A stretch of 64,000 nt of DNA from Stegostoma tigrinum (Eukaryota). The DNA lies in the NCBI RefSeq assembly GCF_030684315.1, contig NC_081396.1:4154001-4218000 (forward strand), given 5' to 3'. The notes below the pieces were generated by a model. It searched no databases. It was not told the DNA's origin and saw only the letters and a program-made list of their open reading frames with translations. The position numbers and the translations under genes are program-made. Positions 13,880 to 27,050 of the stretch are shown in pieces; positions within the stretch are counted from its first letter, which is position 1; the number at the start of each line of letters is the position of its first letter.

Positions 13880-14250
13880 GTCTACTCTGCGTAGGGAGAG
13901 AGGTTCATTAATTCATTCAGCCTGTTGAGGCACGAGCGAGTTCACACTGAAACGAGAAATATTCGAATGTTCTGACTGTGAAGAGAGTATTAAAAGCAGC
14001 AACAACCTGCTGAGACACCAATATGCTCACACTGGATAGAAATCATTCACCTGTTCTGTGTCGGATGGGATGCAATTGACTACCTTCCCTGGTGTCACGC
14101 CAGCAAACTCACACTGAGGTGAGAACATTGACATGCTCCATGTGTGTAAGAGAATTCACTGCATATCACACCTTTTGAAACTTAAATATTTTCACATCGA
14201 GGATACACTGTTCACCTGCTCTGTTTGTGGGAAAGGATTCACTTGGAAAA
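13880..14250 (+). pseudogene. Second C2H2 zinc-finger array fragment (about 4 decayed fingers)
   Basis: Translates in pieces as LLRHERVHT…ECSDCEESIKSSNNLLRHQYAHTG*KSFTCSV… and FTCSVCGKGFT. Confidence 0.8.
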
Positions 14251-14459
14251 TCGACAGAGAACGAGAGAGGAACCAATGGTCATCGGGCTAAACACAGCTA
14301 GAATCAAAGCTTCAGAACTGATCATAATGTGAAGAAGTGAAAAATTTTAAAAGCTTGGTTTTATCTAGATGATGAAGTATTAAAGTATTTTTTCTTAAAA
14401 AACCGCAAAAATGTGGAGAAAACCATAATAACTCACATATTTTCCAATTAATTGTAGTG

Positions 14460-15326
14460 AATAAGAATTTTTTTTCTTTAACTCCCCATGCCAAGTGTTC
14501 ATTACATTCCTGTTGGTTCGAACCCTCCAGCACCAGCCACTGTCTCCTATCTTCCAGCCACTTTTGTTTCCCAAAGTTAGTTTTCCCTGTATTCCGAGAG
14601 CTCTAAACTTGTCAACCGATCTACTAAACAAAACCATGTCGAAAGCATTTATACCATGGTTTACTTTGTTAAATTCTTTTCCGCACAGCTTCAAAATAAT
14701 GAATCAAGTTAGTGAGAAACGAATTTCTATTTACTGAGCTGTATTTACTGTTCAAATCAATTCCTGCCTTTCCAAAAAACATGCAAATTGTTTCTCTCAG
14801 AATCCCCTCCAAAACCTTGCTCACCACTGATGTCAGTCTCATCAGCCTATGGAACTCAGACTTTTTCCGACCATGTTTCTTAAATAATGTCATCACGGTA
14901 AACAACCTTCAGTCTACTGACTCCTTGGCTACAGTTATTGATGATGTAACTATCTCAACAAGGGGCTCAGCAAACACTTCCCCAGCTACCGAGTAATTTC
15001 GAGGCCACACCTGATGGACTCCGGGAGACATATCCACCTGAAAGTTTTTTTGAGCCATACAACACCACCTCTGTAACATGGACATTCTTCAAGCTATCAC
15101 TGTTTATTTCTTTAAGATCCAGAGCTGATATAACCTTCTTCAATGTAAACACTGACGCAAAATCCTCATTGAGGGTCTGATCCATCAACTGCTGTGCCAC
15201 GTATAGGCGGTCTTGCTGACATTTACGGGGTCCTGTTCTCTCTCTCGTTACTCTTTTTGACTTCATACATTTACAGAATAATTTTGGGTTCTCTGTAATT
15301 GCATTTGCCAAAGCTATTTCATGCCC
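14460..15326 (-). mobile_element. CR1 LINE fragment (ORF2)
   Basis: Minus ORFs ENPKLFCKCMKSKRVTRERTGP and LTSVVSKVLEGILR…SFLTNLIHYFE. Confidence 0.85.
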
Positions 15327-17165
15327 TGGGAGTGAAGAGTTTATGGGATCGGCTGAAGAGACTGATGCTTTTATTCTTTGGCCATAAACGTTTGATAGGT
15401 GATCTTATAGAAGTGTTTTTTTAATCATGACAGATATAGATAAAGTGAACGGCAGGAATTTTTCCATCTGGTGGAGATGTGTCAGGACGAATGGCATTTT
15501 TTAATGTGACAGGAGAAAGAATTAGGGACGGCAGGATGGATTTTATTTTTCACAGATTGTTTCATTTGTGAAATGAAGTTCCAGAGGAAGTTATCAATAT
15601 GAGCATAGTTACTGCATTTAGAAATACAATTTGGAGAACGGTAGTAAGAAAGGTTTGGAGGGATAAGGCCCAAGTGCAGGCACGGGTGATTGGTTAAATT
15701 TGCGATTATAGTAGACATGGATTGGTTGGACTGTCGAGTTTGTTTTCTTGGTGTATGACAATGCAATTCTGTGAGCGTAAGTTGGAGTTTAATTTATTAA
15801 ATGTGAGGTGTTGCCTTTTAGTAAGGCACACAAGGTCAAGACTTATATAAATAATGGAAGCGTCCTCGTGAGTGTTGCTGAACGAAGGGACGTGGAGTGC
15901 AGGTTCATAGTTTCTTGAAAATGGAGTCACAGGGAGAGAGGATGGTGAAGAAGACATTTGGCACGTTTGGCTTCATTGTTCAGAACTTTGAATATTGGAG
16001 TTCAGACGTTATGCTGCCTCTTTCTCGTGAGGCCATTTTTTGGAATACTTTGCACCATTCTCACCGCCTTTCGATCGGAAGGATATTGCTGAACTTGAGA
16101 AGCTGAAGAAAATATTTCTAAGAATGATGCTGGAATTGGAGTGTTGTGGTTATAGGCAGGTGCTGAGTAGGCTAGGGTTTTCTTTAACCTCTTCCATTCA
16201 AGACTGAGGTGAGCTTATTGAGCGGCAATATCACGTGGGATGCTGACACATTGAATAACCAAGAACATTTCCCTGTTTTGCTTGAAGTTCAAAACTACAA
16301 ATATGCAATTAAGGCGACAGGAGAATGGTTTAAAAATGACCTGAGAGTGTTTTTTTTTCTCACAAGATGGGCGTTGTGTTTGTAGAAGAGGTTACCAGAG
16401 GAAATGGTGGAGGAATTTACAATTACAACATATAAAACGCATCTGGATGCGTATATTACTGGGAAGAATTTACAGGAAGAGGACAAAGGCTGGCAAATGG
16501 AAATAGGCCAAATTGGGATGTCTTTTTGGCTCAGGACATCTGCAAGGGCGTGTTCTGTTTTCTTAACATATGAAACAAAAAATCAATAAGTTTTGTGAAA
16601 ACTATACAAACAGGAGAGACACAACAGCTGTGAATTGGCCCAAGCCTCATATCGAAGGGAAGATACAGTGGAAATCGAGATGATCTATATTAGCTTCAGT
16701 AGACTGATCCTGGGAATGGATGGTCTGTTTTGTGAGTGGACATTGCATATTCTGGACTTGTCGTCATTAGAATATAGTATACTGAACAGTGACATTTTGA
16801 AGCAGGTGTTGTTTTTTTGCGTATTTGACAGTTAAAATGCAGACGTGTTTCCACTTGTGGGAGACTTCACGTGACAAGTTTATATTCTCTGGATGAAAGG
16901 TCAAAATTTTGAGGCAGATGAGAAATTCTTCTGACAGAATGCAGTGAATCCGTGTAATTTTTTACCACAGAAGCTTGTCAACTTTGGTTCCTTATGTATT
17001 TTCAAGGCTGTATTGGAAAAAATTTTAAATCGGAAGTAATCAATGCTTATGAGAATAAAATTGACAAATGGATGTGAGGGTTATTAATTCAACCATTATG
17101 TCGTTGAATGGAAGAGCAAATTCAATCGGCAAAGTGCTTACTTCTGATTCCAGTTCTTTTCATAT
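15327..17165 (+). mobile_element. Cluster of three or more tandem CR1 3' fragments
   Basis: Repeated CR1 C-terminal motifs (VKKTFGTFGFI…VML; GDLIEV; FFTQ) followed by 3' UTR-like sequence. Confidence 0.7.
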
Positions 17166-17640
17166 TATAATTGTCGTCTGCTTTAAATTACTGATTTCAG
17201 AATTATTATAGGTCTCATTAATGCTTCCCGTCAATTGCATGTTTTCCAAGAACAGCGCAGGCACTTCAATTTCTTCTCCTTTTTAACAAAAAAAGTCTTC
17301 ATACGATCATCCATGGATCTCCACTGAAAAATAGCTCAAAACAACATTTAAACTACCGTATCAAACACACCGTTGTCATTTGGATTGTAGAAGTTGCATA
17401 CATTACACATATCGCATATTTTGTAACTCCACATACACAAAATAAATGTGGGTCTCAAAATTTCAATGTCGGAATTTGTTCCCATATTATTCTGGAATTA
17501 ATCATTCCTTAATCACGCAGGTAATAGTGGGAGATAAAGACCCCTTTGCGCGATTACATCCAATGCTTCCAGTCATTTCACAGTTCATGCTATATTCAGA
17601 ATAAATCTCCCACGATATTCTTCTAACCAAAACAGTATTG

Positions 17641-17878
17641 TCAAATGCAGAGATAGTCTGAACTGCAGATGCTGGAGAGTCTGAGATAACAACGTGTAGA
17701 GATGGATCAACTCCGTAGTCCAAGCAGCATCAGTGGAGCGAGAATCCTGACGTTCCGGGCCTGGACCCTTCTTCAGTAAACGAATAAAGGTCTAGGCCAG
17801 AAACGTCAGCTTTCCTGTTCCTATGATGCTGCTTGGCCTGCTGTGCTTATCCAGCTGAACACCTTTTAATATCAAATG
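17641..17878. mobile_element. Short palindromic Penelope-derived element
   Basis: Inverted terminal motifs: CTGACGTTCCGGGCCTGGACCCTTCTTCAG … GGTCTAGGCCAGAAACGTCAG…GATGCTGCTTGGCCTGCTG. Confidence 0.65.
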
Positions 17879-18350
17879 CAGTAGGTTACAGACGCTGAAG
17901 AGATCTGCATCCAAGTTTCTCGAAGAAATGACCACAATCTCAGCACATGTACAATATCGAAGAAGAGTAAATCGCCATCTTTATTTTAATATCCAAGATT
18001 CCATGAACTTTACTTTGAAGATTAATTACAGGCTGAATGTGCATTAAGTGGTGCAATCCAACATTCTTCAGCCATGAACACTGCTCATAAGATACAATGA
18101 AAAGCCCGCTCAACACAATAATAGTAAATCCTCACAGCGATGATACAAGTCAGTGTTCTTTCTGTTTGTAGACTCTGCCATCAGTTGGTCAAACACATCT
18201 AGATCACTAAATACTCAAAGATACATTTTCGAGAAATCCTTGCTCTACGGGTTCAAAAGCCTCTCGAAAGAAATGCATTAGGTGGACGACAGGACATGTT
18301 ATTTAGATGTTGACTTCAAATGATGGAAGAAAACGTTTTCCGATGGGTGG

Positions 18351-18492
18351 NNNNNNNNNNNNNNNNNNNNNNNNNNNNNNNNNNNNNNNNNNNNNNNNNN
18401 NNNNNNNNNNNNNNNNNNNNNNNNNNNNNNNNNNNNNNNNNNNNNNNNNNNNNNNNNNNNNNNNNNNNNNNNNNNNNNNNNNNNNNNNNNNN
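18351..18492. other. Assembly gap (142 N)
   Basis: Run of N. Confidence 1.
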
Positions 18493-20379
18493 AGAGGAAG
18501 AGAAAATTGGAAAGAGGCAGAAAGACAGAAAACTAAATCTTGGCTGCGTCAATGTAACTCACAGTTAACGTTTAAAAAGTCCTAACATCAATGACTATTG
18601 GAATCCGTTCAGTAATTTGCATTTTTGCCACTATATTTGTGCTGTGTTTTTGGACGAAATAAATTGCGTTTTTGCTTTTCTCTAATCTATTCTGAGAGAT
18701 TTATTTCTCTGCTTATTTGCATAAATGCTCTGTTAGTTTCAAGGGGAGTTAAAGGCAATAAAGCCAGATAACCAAAATTATTTATTGCTTATTTTCAAAT
18801 CAAAACAAGTTTATTTTAAGAATGTTGACAGATCTCAGAAATGAATACTAAGATTCTTAAAATTAATTGCAACAGATGTTATTTATTTCCAAATTATAAT
18901 CACAAATTAAATATTAATTTAGGTTATGAATTAAGTCATTGAAATTGTGCAGTCACTCTAAATGGCACACGTCTCAACAACTAGATTTAGTATAAACGTC
19001 CAACTGATTTCGCCAATAATATATTTTGACAACAACGTATCTAAGAGCTCATCATAGCTCAAGATGCGTTCTAGAAATTTCAAAAAAAAAATTGAAACAG
19101 ACATCAGAAACTGCCACAGCAATTAAAATTAATTGTTATCGTTGAGTGAGTTTTAGTCATACTTCTATTTTACTTTATTCATTCATGGAGCATCGGTCTT
19201 GCTGGCTCAGCCAGCAATGAGTCATTATCCGAAGTCGCCTGTGCAGTCGGTTGCCAGTGCTACTCCAGAAGGCAAAAAATTACATTACATTGCATAGGGA
19301 GTCACATGAAGTTCAGACTAAGGAAAACCTACAGATTTCGTTTCCGAATGGACATAAGCAAACCACTGCTTTTGCATTTTCGATTGATTCTCGTTACACC
19401 GTCATTATGAGACTTGCGTTTTCCATTCCAGGTTTTCTTTGAATTAAGATTTCACAAGCAACAAAAAGTGGGATTCCGTATCCTGTTAAGTAATCATCAA
19501 ACTGGAGTTTAAAAGGACTGGTCCAGTGATATTTCCACAGTGATCCTGACTGCACGAATGTGGTTGGCATGCACAGAATCCTGCCACAAACAGAAAAGAA
19601 ATAAATCTGACATTTCAAGTCATAAATAAATATTTGAGTGCAATACTGGTGAGAATTCTTTCGTGTTTATACGATCATGGGAATCTTTGCATTCAATAAT
19701 TGATCTCAAAACTGTATCTGATGCTCTCTCTGCAGAACCTGAATCACCTACTGCGTGTTTCCAACTTTCCTATTTTGAATTTGTACCAGATTTTTGTTCT
19801 CCAGCACACATTGTACTTATAGGATTCTTGCTCGTAATATGAACAGATTAGTTACATATTCCAAGAATGTAGTCATCACTGACCGTTTTGTTATGCTGCT
19901 GTCTTGCAAGACTATTTTTGACTTATCTTTCTGAACAAGTTTTAATACAAGTGATCGGCTTCCTATTCACGTTCAGGATTCTAAAGGAACAGACGCAATA
20001 TTTTCGGACAAGTAGGGCAGGCCAGGTAAAAAGGACGGAATACCTCATCTGAAGGACAATATAGAACCATGTGGGCTTGTCCAAACCTTTGGTAAGTACG
20101 TGATTATCGCTGATTTGGCTAACATTTTCATTTCAATTCCTTTAACTGAATGAAGCTACCATGACAGAAATTGATATACCGCCTCAGGGAATTACTGCAA
20201 ACTTTTGAATGCTGATCAAATGTTCACAACGCCTCCTTATTCATGTTACCAAACTGTCAAAGATCTTTTGTGTCATTGACTGGTGGGCTACGGGGTTCAA
20301 TACTTCCTGTCACTCGTTGCACTCAAAAAGATGGAGCAGAGTGGCATTTCCGAAGTGCAGGGTCCAAAACGTCTTTTAG

Positions 20380-21200
20380 AAAAAGAGTTCCAGGATTTTT
20401 TTTAATCCAGTTACTGTTATGAATCAGTGGTATACTTCCAAGTCAGGATGGTCACTGCCTTGAAGGGGAGCTTTCACGTGTTGCTTTTCTGTGTATCTGC
20501 TGCACTTACCCTTCTAGATGGAAATGGTTATGGGATAGGAATATGCTGTCTAAGCATATTGGTAAATATCCGCAGTATATCTTGCAGCTGCTACACAGCA
20601 AAGCTTGGGACATTATGTTGGAAAATAATTCTGACTATGTTGATAGCAAATCAAATCATTAATGCCAGATGTTGAGTTACTTTCTCTCAGCAATTTAGCA
20701 TTATGTCAGTGTCAAACAACACAAAGGATAGTCTTCTCAATGTGAAGCTGAGACTTCGTCTCCACAATAATTGCCTGATGGTCACTCTCATTGATATTGT
20801 CAGGTGTAGATGCATCTGTAGCCGGACGATTGTGAAGGATGAATTCAAATATATTATGTACCCTCTTGGTGGTTCGCTCAGCAGCCGCTACAGACCCAGT
20901 TTAACACCTATGTCCTTCAGGATCGTACAAACTTGATCAGGAAGTGCTGTTGCTCTTCCCAGTGGTGGGCATAGAAATCACCATCCCGGAGTACATTCTT
21001 CATTCCTGCCACCTTCAGTGCTTACCCCGAATATTGTTCAGCACTGAGCTACACTTATTCATCAGCTGAGGAAAGATGACACAAAATAATCAGAAGGTGC
21101 TTTCCTTTCCCATGTTTAAAAGTGAAGCCATCAGCCTTCATGCGTCCAGAAAGAATGTTGAAGGCTATGAAAGTAAGTTCCTCTCGTCTGTATATCATGG
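20380..21200 (-). mobile_element. Degraded CR1/L2-group LINE fragments
   Basis: CAAGTCAGGATGG motif and downstream sequence shared with the 28780-30130 element. Confidence 0.5.
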
Positions 21201-21539
21201 CGTTGCCACCTATGGTGGATACATCCTGTTGAAGGAACATGGCATGTTGAAGTGTAGTGATGTTTTGATGATTGTCGTGTTATGGCGAATATATGGCCAG
21301 GCTATTGTTTGACATTTTTCTTCCCTGAATGACATTACCGTTTTTTTTCCCTGACAATTGATAATGACGCAATGGTCTCATTAGACTCTGAGGTCCAAAC
21401 ATGGTTTTAAATTTAAATTCCACGATTTAATGTAATTCAAAAAACAGACCCCCTGAAAGTTCGCTGAATTTACTGAATTAATCAAAATATGTCAACCAAC
21501 AATACCTTACCGATGAAACGGGTATGCACAGCAAGTGAC

Positions 21540-23120
21540 CACTTATCCTTTGTATTTTGTAGAGACCAACCTTGCCTTATTTATCCTCTTCAATTCATAG
21601 TCCTGTTAAATGCTTTCCTTCACAAGGTTAGGCAAAATAATCTAACCTTTTCTTTGACAGCCATCAATAACATATCTCAGTCGAAGGCTTTCCTCCTGGC
21701 TAATTGCAATACCACGTGTTTTCGCCTCAGTTGTGAAAGTAATGATCAAAATATCTAGATCTATGACTTGATCATTCATATACACTACAAACAGCATAGG
21801 GTGCAGCACTAAAATCTTGCAATGCACCACTGAGCATTGGGTTTATTCTCAAAGACTACCTTCAGCCATTCCCCTCTGCCTTCTGTTTGCCGATGTCAAG
21901 TAAACTTTGGAGACGATTTCCCAAATTACATTTGGTCCAATGATTTCTTAAATAATTTGAAGGTGCAAGATCTTGTCAGAAATCTTGTTGATGTCAATTT
22001 GGATGACATCTATTTTCCACCCTCAAACACACATCATGTCGCATCCTTAGAAGATGGTATCAAATATGTAAGTGATGATCTCACTTCCATCAAAACCATG
22101 TTGAATTTTATTGTTTAAATCTTACACTTCCAACATTTAATGAAGGCTGTATCCCAGATTTCGTTTCCCAAATCTTTCTCTACCACTGATATTAGATTCA
22201 GTAGCCATTGATATACTTTGCTGGATGATCCTGACAGCAATTCTTGAGCAATATTGAATCATCATTCTAGCTGAGTATTTGTGCTTTGGTATTTACCGAT
22301 TGGACATAGACTGTTTGAATATTAATACACTGGCCCTTACAATTCATCCCCTTGGCCAGGATACTGGGACTCATACCTCTTGCAATTTTATGCCCACGAA
22401 AAAATGCAAATTCTTCTTCCAGCTCAATCGTAATATCCAAAAATACCACAAGTTTCTTACTGAATTCATAGCTCTGTATTTTTCTTCACATTAATATACT
22501 CGTAACGTACAATATCAAAGCATGCCAATGTCATCCAGCTCAGCAAGAGTTGTCCAGGAAGTTTCTACAACGGTCCCATTTTCTTCTCATTATATTCTTC
22601 CTCCTTTTGTCCTCCTAAAGTGCCCTTTGATTTTTACTGTATTATTGCTGTTGTTTTCTTTTAACAGTGCCCCTGTTTCCATTCTGAATTCATTTTTAAA
22701 CGACTTACTACAGCTTCAAAAGCTTTCTCAAGCTGAGCTTTGGCATCTCTCATAAATTTGAATTCTTCCTTTGTCTAATCCTTTGCTATCCGCCACATAT
22801 AGTAAACTTTGGAATTCTTCCCTCCATTATTCACATTTAAGGAATAAAATGGAACTACAAATTCATTATTTTTGAACTGGAAAATCGTCCAGAGGACTTA
22901 CATAAGTTTTCCTCTATTTTGTTGCTGCCATAACGACTTTGGCCAGATTGAAACTTGTCAGAACAAAATCGGTTTGACCTTATTCAAAGCCTTTATTCCT
23001 TGTCGATCATTGTCACTTTCCATAGCATGGTAATATCCGACAGAGTTGTGTTCACTTGAAAGAAGATTCTCTCCAAATGACCGCCATTCTAACTTTCCAT
23101 GCCTGTTTGGTGGTCCAGGG
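21540..23120 (-). mobile_element. Old CR1 LINE fragment
   Basis: Minus ORF with (G)VLHPMLFVVYMND (degenerate GSVLGP.LF.IYIND) and further CR1-like residues. Confidence 0.6.
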
Positions 23121-23453
23121 AACACGCCCAGCAACTTTCTGTAAAATTATTTTCTCTCAGCTAACTTCTGGAATGACCCAAATCGCCAATCAAATCTCAG
23201 AGAGTTATAGATGGTTCACAAATTCTAGTTATGTCAGCAACATCTACATCGGATTAAAAAGAAACATTTCTGAAATGCAGTTGAATTTCAAAATACATAA
23301 GTGGGAATTTTTGATTAGTTGGTTTTCTCCAGAAAACAGCTCCTCATATGAAATGAGACTTCATTTAACGTTTTTTTGAATTACCCAATGATCTTTCATG
23401 ACTGAACTTATCAGCATTTGGCCTGAAATCATAATGTTCCTTTCAGATTCTCT

Positions 23454-24507
23454 GTCTGGATGTGAGTTTGCTTGCCGAGCTGGAAGGTTAGTTTTCAGAC
23501 GATTCATCACGATTGTAGGTAACATCATCAGTGAGCCACCGATGAAGCGCTGGTGTTATGTCTTGCTTTCTATTTATCTGTTTAGGACTCCTTGGTGTGG
23601 TGATGTCATTTGCTGCGTTGGTGATGTCATTTCCTGTTCTTTTTCTCAGAGGATAGTAGATTGGCTCCAAATCAATGTGTTTGTTGATGGTGTTCCCGTT
23701 GGAATGCCATGCTTCTAGGAATTTTCGTGCGTGTCTCTGTTTGGCTTGTCCTAGGATGGATGTGTTGTCCCTATCAAAGTGGTGTCCTTCCTTTTCTGTA
23801 TGTAAGGATACCAGTGATAGGGGGTCATGTCGTTTTTGGGCTAGTTGATGTTCATGTATCCTGATGGCTAGCTTTCTGCCTGTTTGTCCAAAGTTTTGTT
23901 TGCACAGTCCTTGCAAGGTATTTTGTAGATGATGTTCGTTTTGCTTGTTGTCTATATAGGGTCTTTTACAGACAACAAGCAAAATGAACGTCATCTACAA
24001 AATACCTTGCAAGAACTGTGACAAACACTACATTTGACAAACAGGCAGAAAGCTCGCCACCAGGATACAAGAACATCATCTATCCACAAAACGACATGAC
24101 CCACTATCACTAGTATTGTTACATGCAGATGAGGAAGGACACCACTTTGATTGGGACAACACATCCATGCTAGGACAAGCCAAACAGAGAGACGCACGAG
24201 AATTCCGAGAAGCATGGCATTCCAACCGTACCTCCATCAACAAACACATTGATTTGGAGCCAATCTACTATCCTCTGAGAAAATCAACAGGAAATGACAC
24301 CACCAACGCTGGAAATGACATCACCAACCCAAATGAAACCGAAACAGATAAATAGAAAGCGGGACATAACACCAGCTCTTCATTGGAGGCTCACTGATGA
24401 TGTTACCTAGAATGGTGATGAAACGTCTGAAAACGAACGTTCCAGCTCAGCGAGCAAACTCACATCCAGAACCTCAACCTCAGCTACAAATCTTCTGAAA
24501 ACTCGCT
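23454..24507. mobile_element. Penelope-like element (GIY-YIG C-terminus plus terminal repeat) as an inverted pair, 9-bp TSD
   Basis: − arm 23454-~23970 encodes GQTGRKLAIRIHEH…ARKFLEAWHS. + arm ~23970-24507 is homologous. AGATTCTCT flanks both sides (23445-23453 and 24508-24516). Confidence 0.9.
24391..24430 (+). ncRNA. Minimal type I hammerhead ribozyme motif (Penelope terminal repeat)
   Basis: TCA-CTGATGA-T-GTTACC-tagaat-GGTGAT-GAAA-C-GTC-TGA: core CUGAUGA/GAAA, stem II, GUC cleavage triplet, short helix I. Confidence 0.7.
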
Positions 24508-24879
24508 AGATTCTCTTTCATTTATTCATGCCACAGATATTAATACATTAACTACATAATAAAATACAAAGACAGAGATACAAAAGAGTGTCGGTTGTAT
24601 ATAACTTATCATTACTGTCTATAAATACAAGTAAATACAATAAACCCAAACTATCCGAATCTATGATGCTGTTCAGCCATTTAGTTCACATCCCCAAATC
24701 CATCCAATAATCGTACATTGCATCGTTTGACAAGAATGGATCTGCCACAGGCTTGAAAAATAGTGTGAACAAATTCTGCAACAAAGGTTTTTGAGCAATA
24801 CAGTTTCAAAGACTGCAAGTGAGTCGATGTCCATACTTTTGCGTTCAATGGACAAATACAGATTTCTCACCTGTTACCA

Positions 24880-27050
24880 GTAATTGCTAAAGAGGAAAAG
24901 TGTTTTCCAGATTTACTGTGGCTGGATGATTTAAGATCTTATTCGTTTGAATGAATCACCCACTACTTGTTCATATTCAAGTCTGTGCAAGCCTATCCTG
25001 TCCAAATATTGTTCTTTACTAGTCTCATAAATTTTCCCTGAACTTTTACCATCGCAATTCCAGCGTTCCTTCAATAAGGATTATCCATTTACATGACTGC
25101 TGATGTGGCCTCATTCAATAGTTAGCATACATATATCATGATCTTTGTACGCCTGTTTTCAACATCATTCATACTGAACCGTAACAGTCTGTTAGTTTTC
25201 CGAGGCCATTGCAGTTCCTCTATTCTCACCTACTACGACCTTTGCACGAGGAAATTCTGAAGTCTCTGCATCTCTGTTTCTACTTTACCGTTGCTCAAAT
25301 AAAATACATATTCAGAATTTAAACAACATGCTCTGTTTGACACATCTTCACCATTCATTTAACGGTTATCTATCTATGTGCAACTCTCTCGCGTCCTCTT
25401 CACTGCCAGCAATCCGACATATCAATGTGTTTTCAGCATTTTATCAAACACTCTTTTCACACCTACCGTCAAAACATTTAGAACTGGAAAGCCTCGAGGC
25501 CACATTGCTGATCATTTACCACATAGTTCATTGAATCTTGGCAATCAGAAAAGCACTAAATTATGTTTGGTCTTTAGTCCAGACAGGCTCGTTAATCGTT
25601 GATCTGTTCTAAGGTATCACCACTTCATTATGAACTTTAAAATTCTGCAAAAAACTTTGATGTGACACTTTATTCAATGTACTTTTGGAACACTGATGGA
25701 TAATTAGCTATTTGTACATGGCGATGTTGATACAGGCAGAGTGAAGCCATTTTTAAAATTGCATCAGGACTCATTTCTGCAAGTGATGGACAGTTTGCAG
25801 TTGTAGTCAACTTATGTCATTTAAGAGAGGTAGTTCTTCAAAACTGTAGCAGACTTTGACCGTATTAATTCGCACATCAACCTCGTGATCAGAAATGACC
25901 TTCTCTTGGTCTCTATTTTCAGAGGTGTCTTTGATTTCTGGATATCTATGTGCTGTTTTGCCTTTATCAACTGCATAAATTTATTAGCCAAACATCTGCA
26001 ATGAACTGCAGGCATGATTTTCCCATTCCAATGTAATATGGATTCCACCTGATAGTTTTTAAGCTCTCTGGTATTATTCCCTAAATAATAGCTCCTATCA
26101 TATCCCTTATGCCAGATGTAAATTTAACTGAGAAGCGTTTTCTGCATTCCGTGTCGCTTCCTTTGAGTAAATAACTGAAAATCACAGTTTTCAAATCTAC
26201 TGGAACATTCCTTGAATCTCAGGAATTTTGGAAAATAAAAGAAAAAACACTCATGAATGAAATATTTCTCGAGTCACTTCTGTTCATATCTCAGTCTAGG
26301 GCTCACACACACATAAAAAATCGTTCCAGCTATTTACTCAGGAACACCTCAACAACAATTGTAATGTTATTGATAGCTTAACCTTATTTTGTTTTTCTGA
26401 TTTACCGTTATTCCTGATGTGTCACTGATATTTTCTGTCGAAAGGGTTGTCGTCGACTCCCTGTTCAATTAACTGTCTGTGTCCTCATTTTTACCAGTTT
26501 TGCTGACTCATTTTCTGCAGTATCAACATACATATTGTTAACTTTTTTTAAGTAAACGAATATTATCTCTGTATGTTTAACCTTCTCAGTTATATTTCAT
26601 TTGTAACTCTGATGGGCTCCACTTCATTCAAATTTTAATCTTCATCATTTCCATATTCTTCCCAAACGTGTGAACTATTTCCTCTGCAACAATATATATT
26701 TTCTTTTAGTTTGGTGCAGTTATTTTATTTCTTACAGTCGATTGTGACTCTTTCCCTTGGATTTTGTTTTCTCACTTTATAGAAATCAGCTGCGCGTGAT
26801 AATATGAAATATGCTCTGATACGTCTGTTACTGCACCTTTGTTGATAATTCTTCCAGATGTTTTCCCAGTTCAATGCATTTAGTTCTGTTTTCGTGCAGT
26901 CACAGTTATCCTTCTTTAATTTGGTAATATTGCCTGGAAGCTTAAAATTTCGGACCTTAGAACAATTTCAAACTTTATGAGGTGTTCGCTGCCACCTGAA
27001 GTTACTACTTCATACAATTTTGTGGCATGGCACCAGATGCAGAAACCTTT
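24880..27050 (-). mobile_element. Very old CR1-like LINE remnants
   Basis: Scattered CR1-like phrases on −; no long ORFs. Confidence 0.4.

Larger units (their letters stand above)
14460..20140 (+). repeat. Segmental duplication, direct paralog of ~55800-64000
   Basis: Shared CR1(−)/CR1(+) junction (15290-15340 vs 56630-56690) and colinear non-TE sequence (e.g. 18100-18140 vs 60420-60470; 18680-18850 vs 60950-61110; 19866-19900 vs 63730-63765). Confidence 0.85.
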
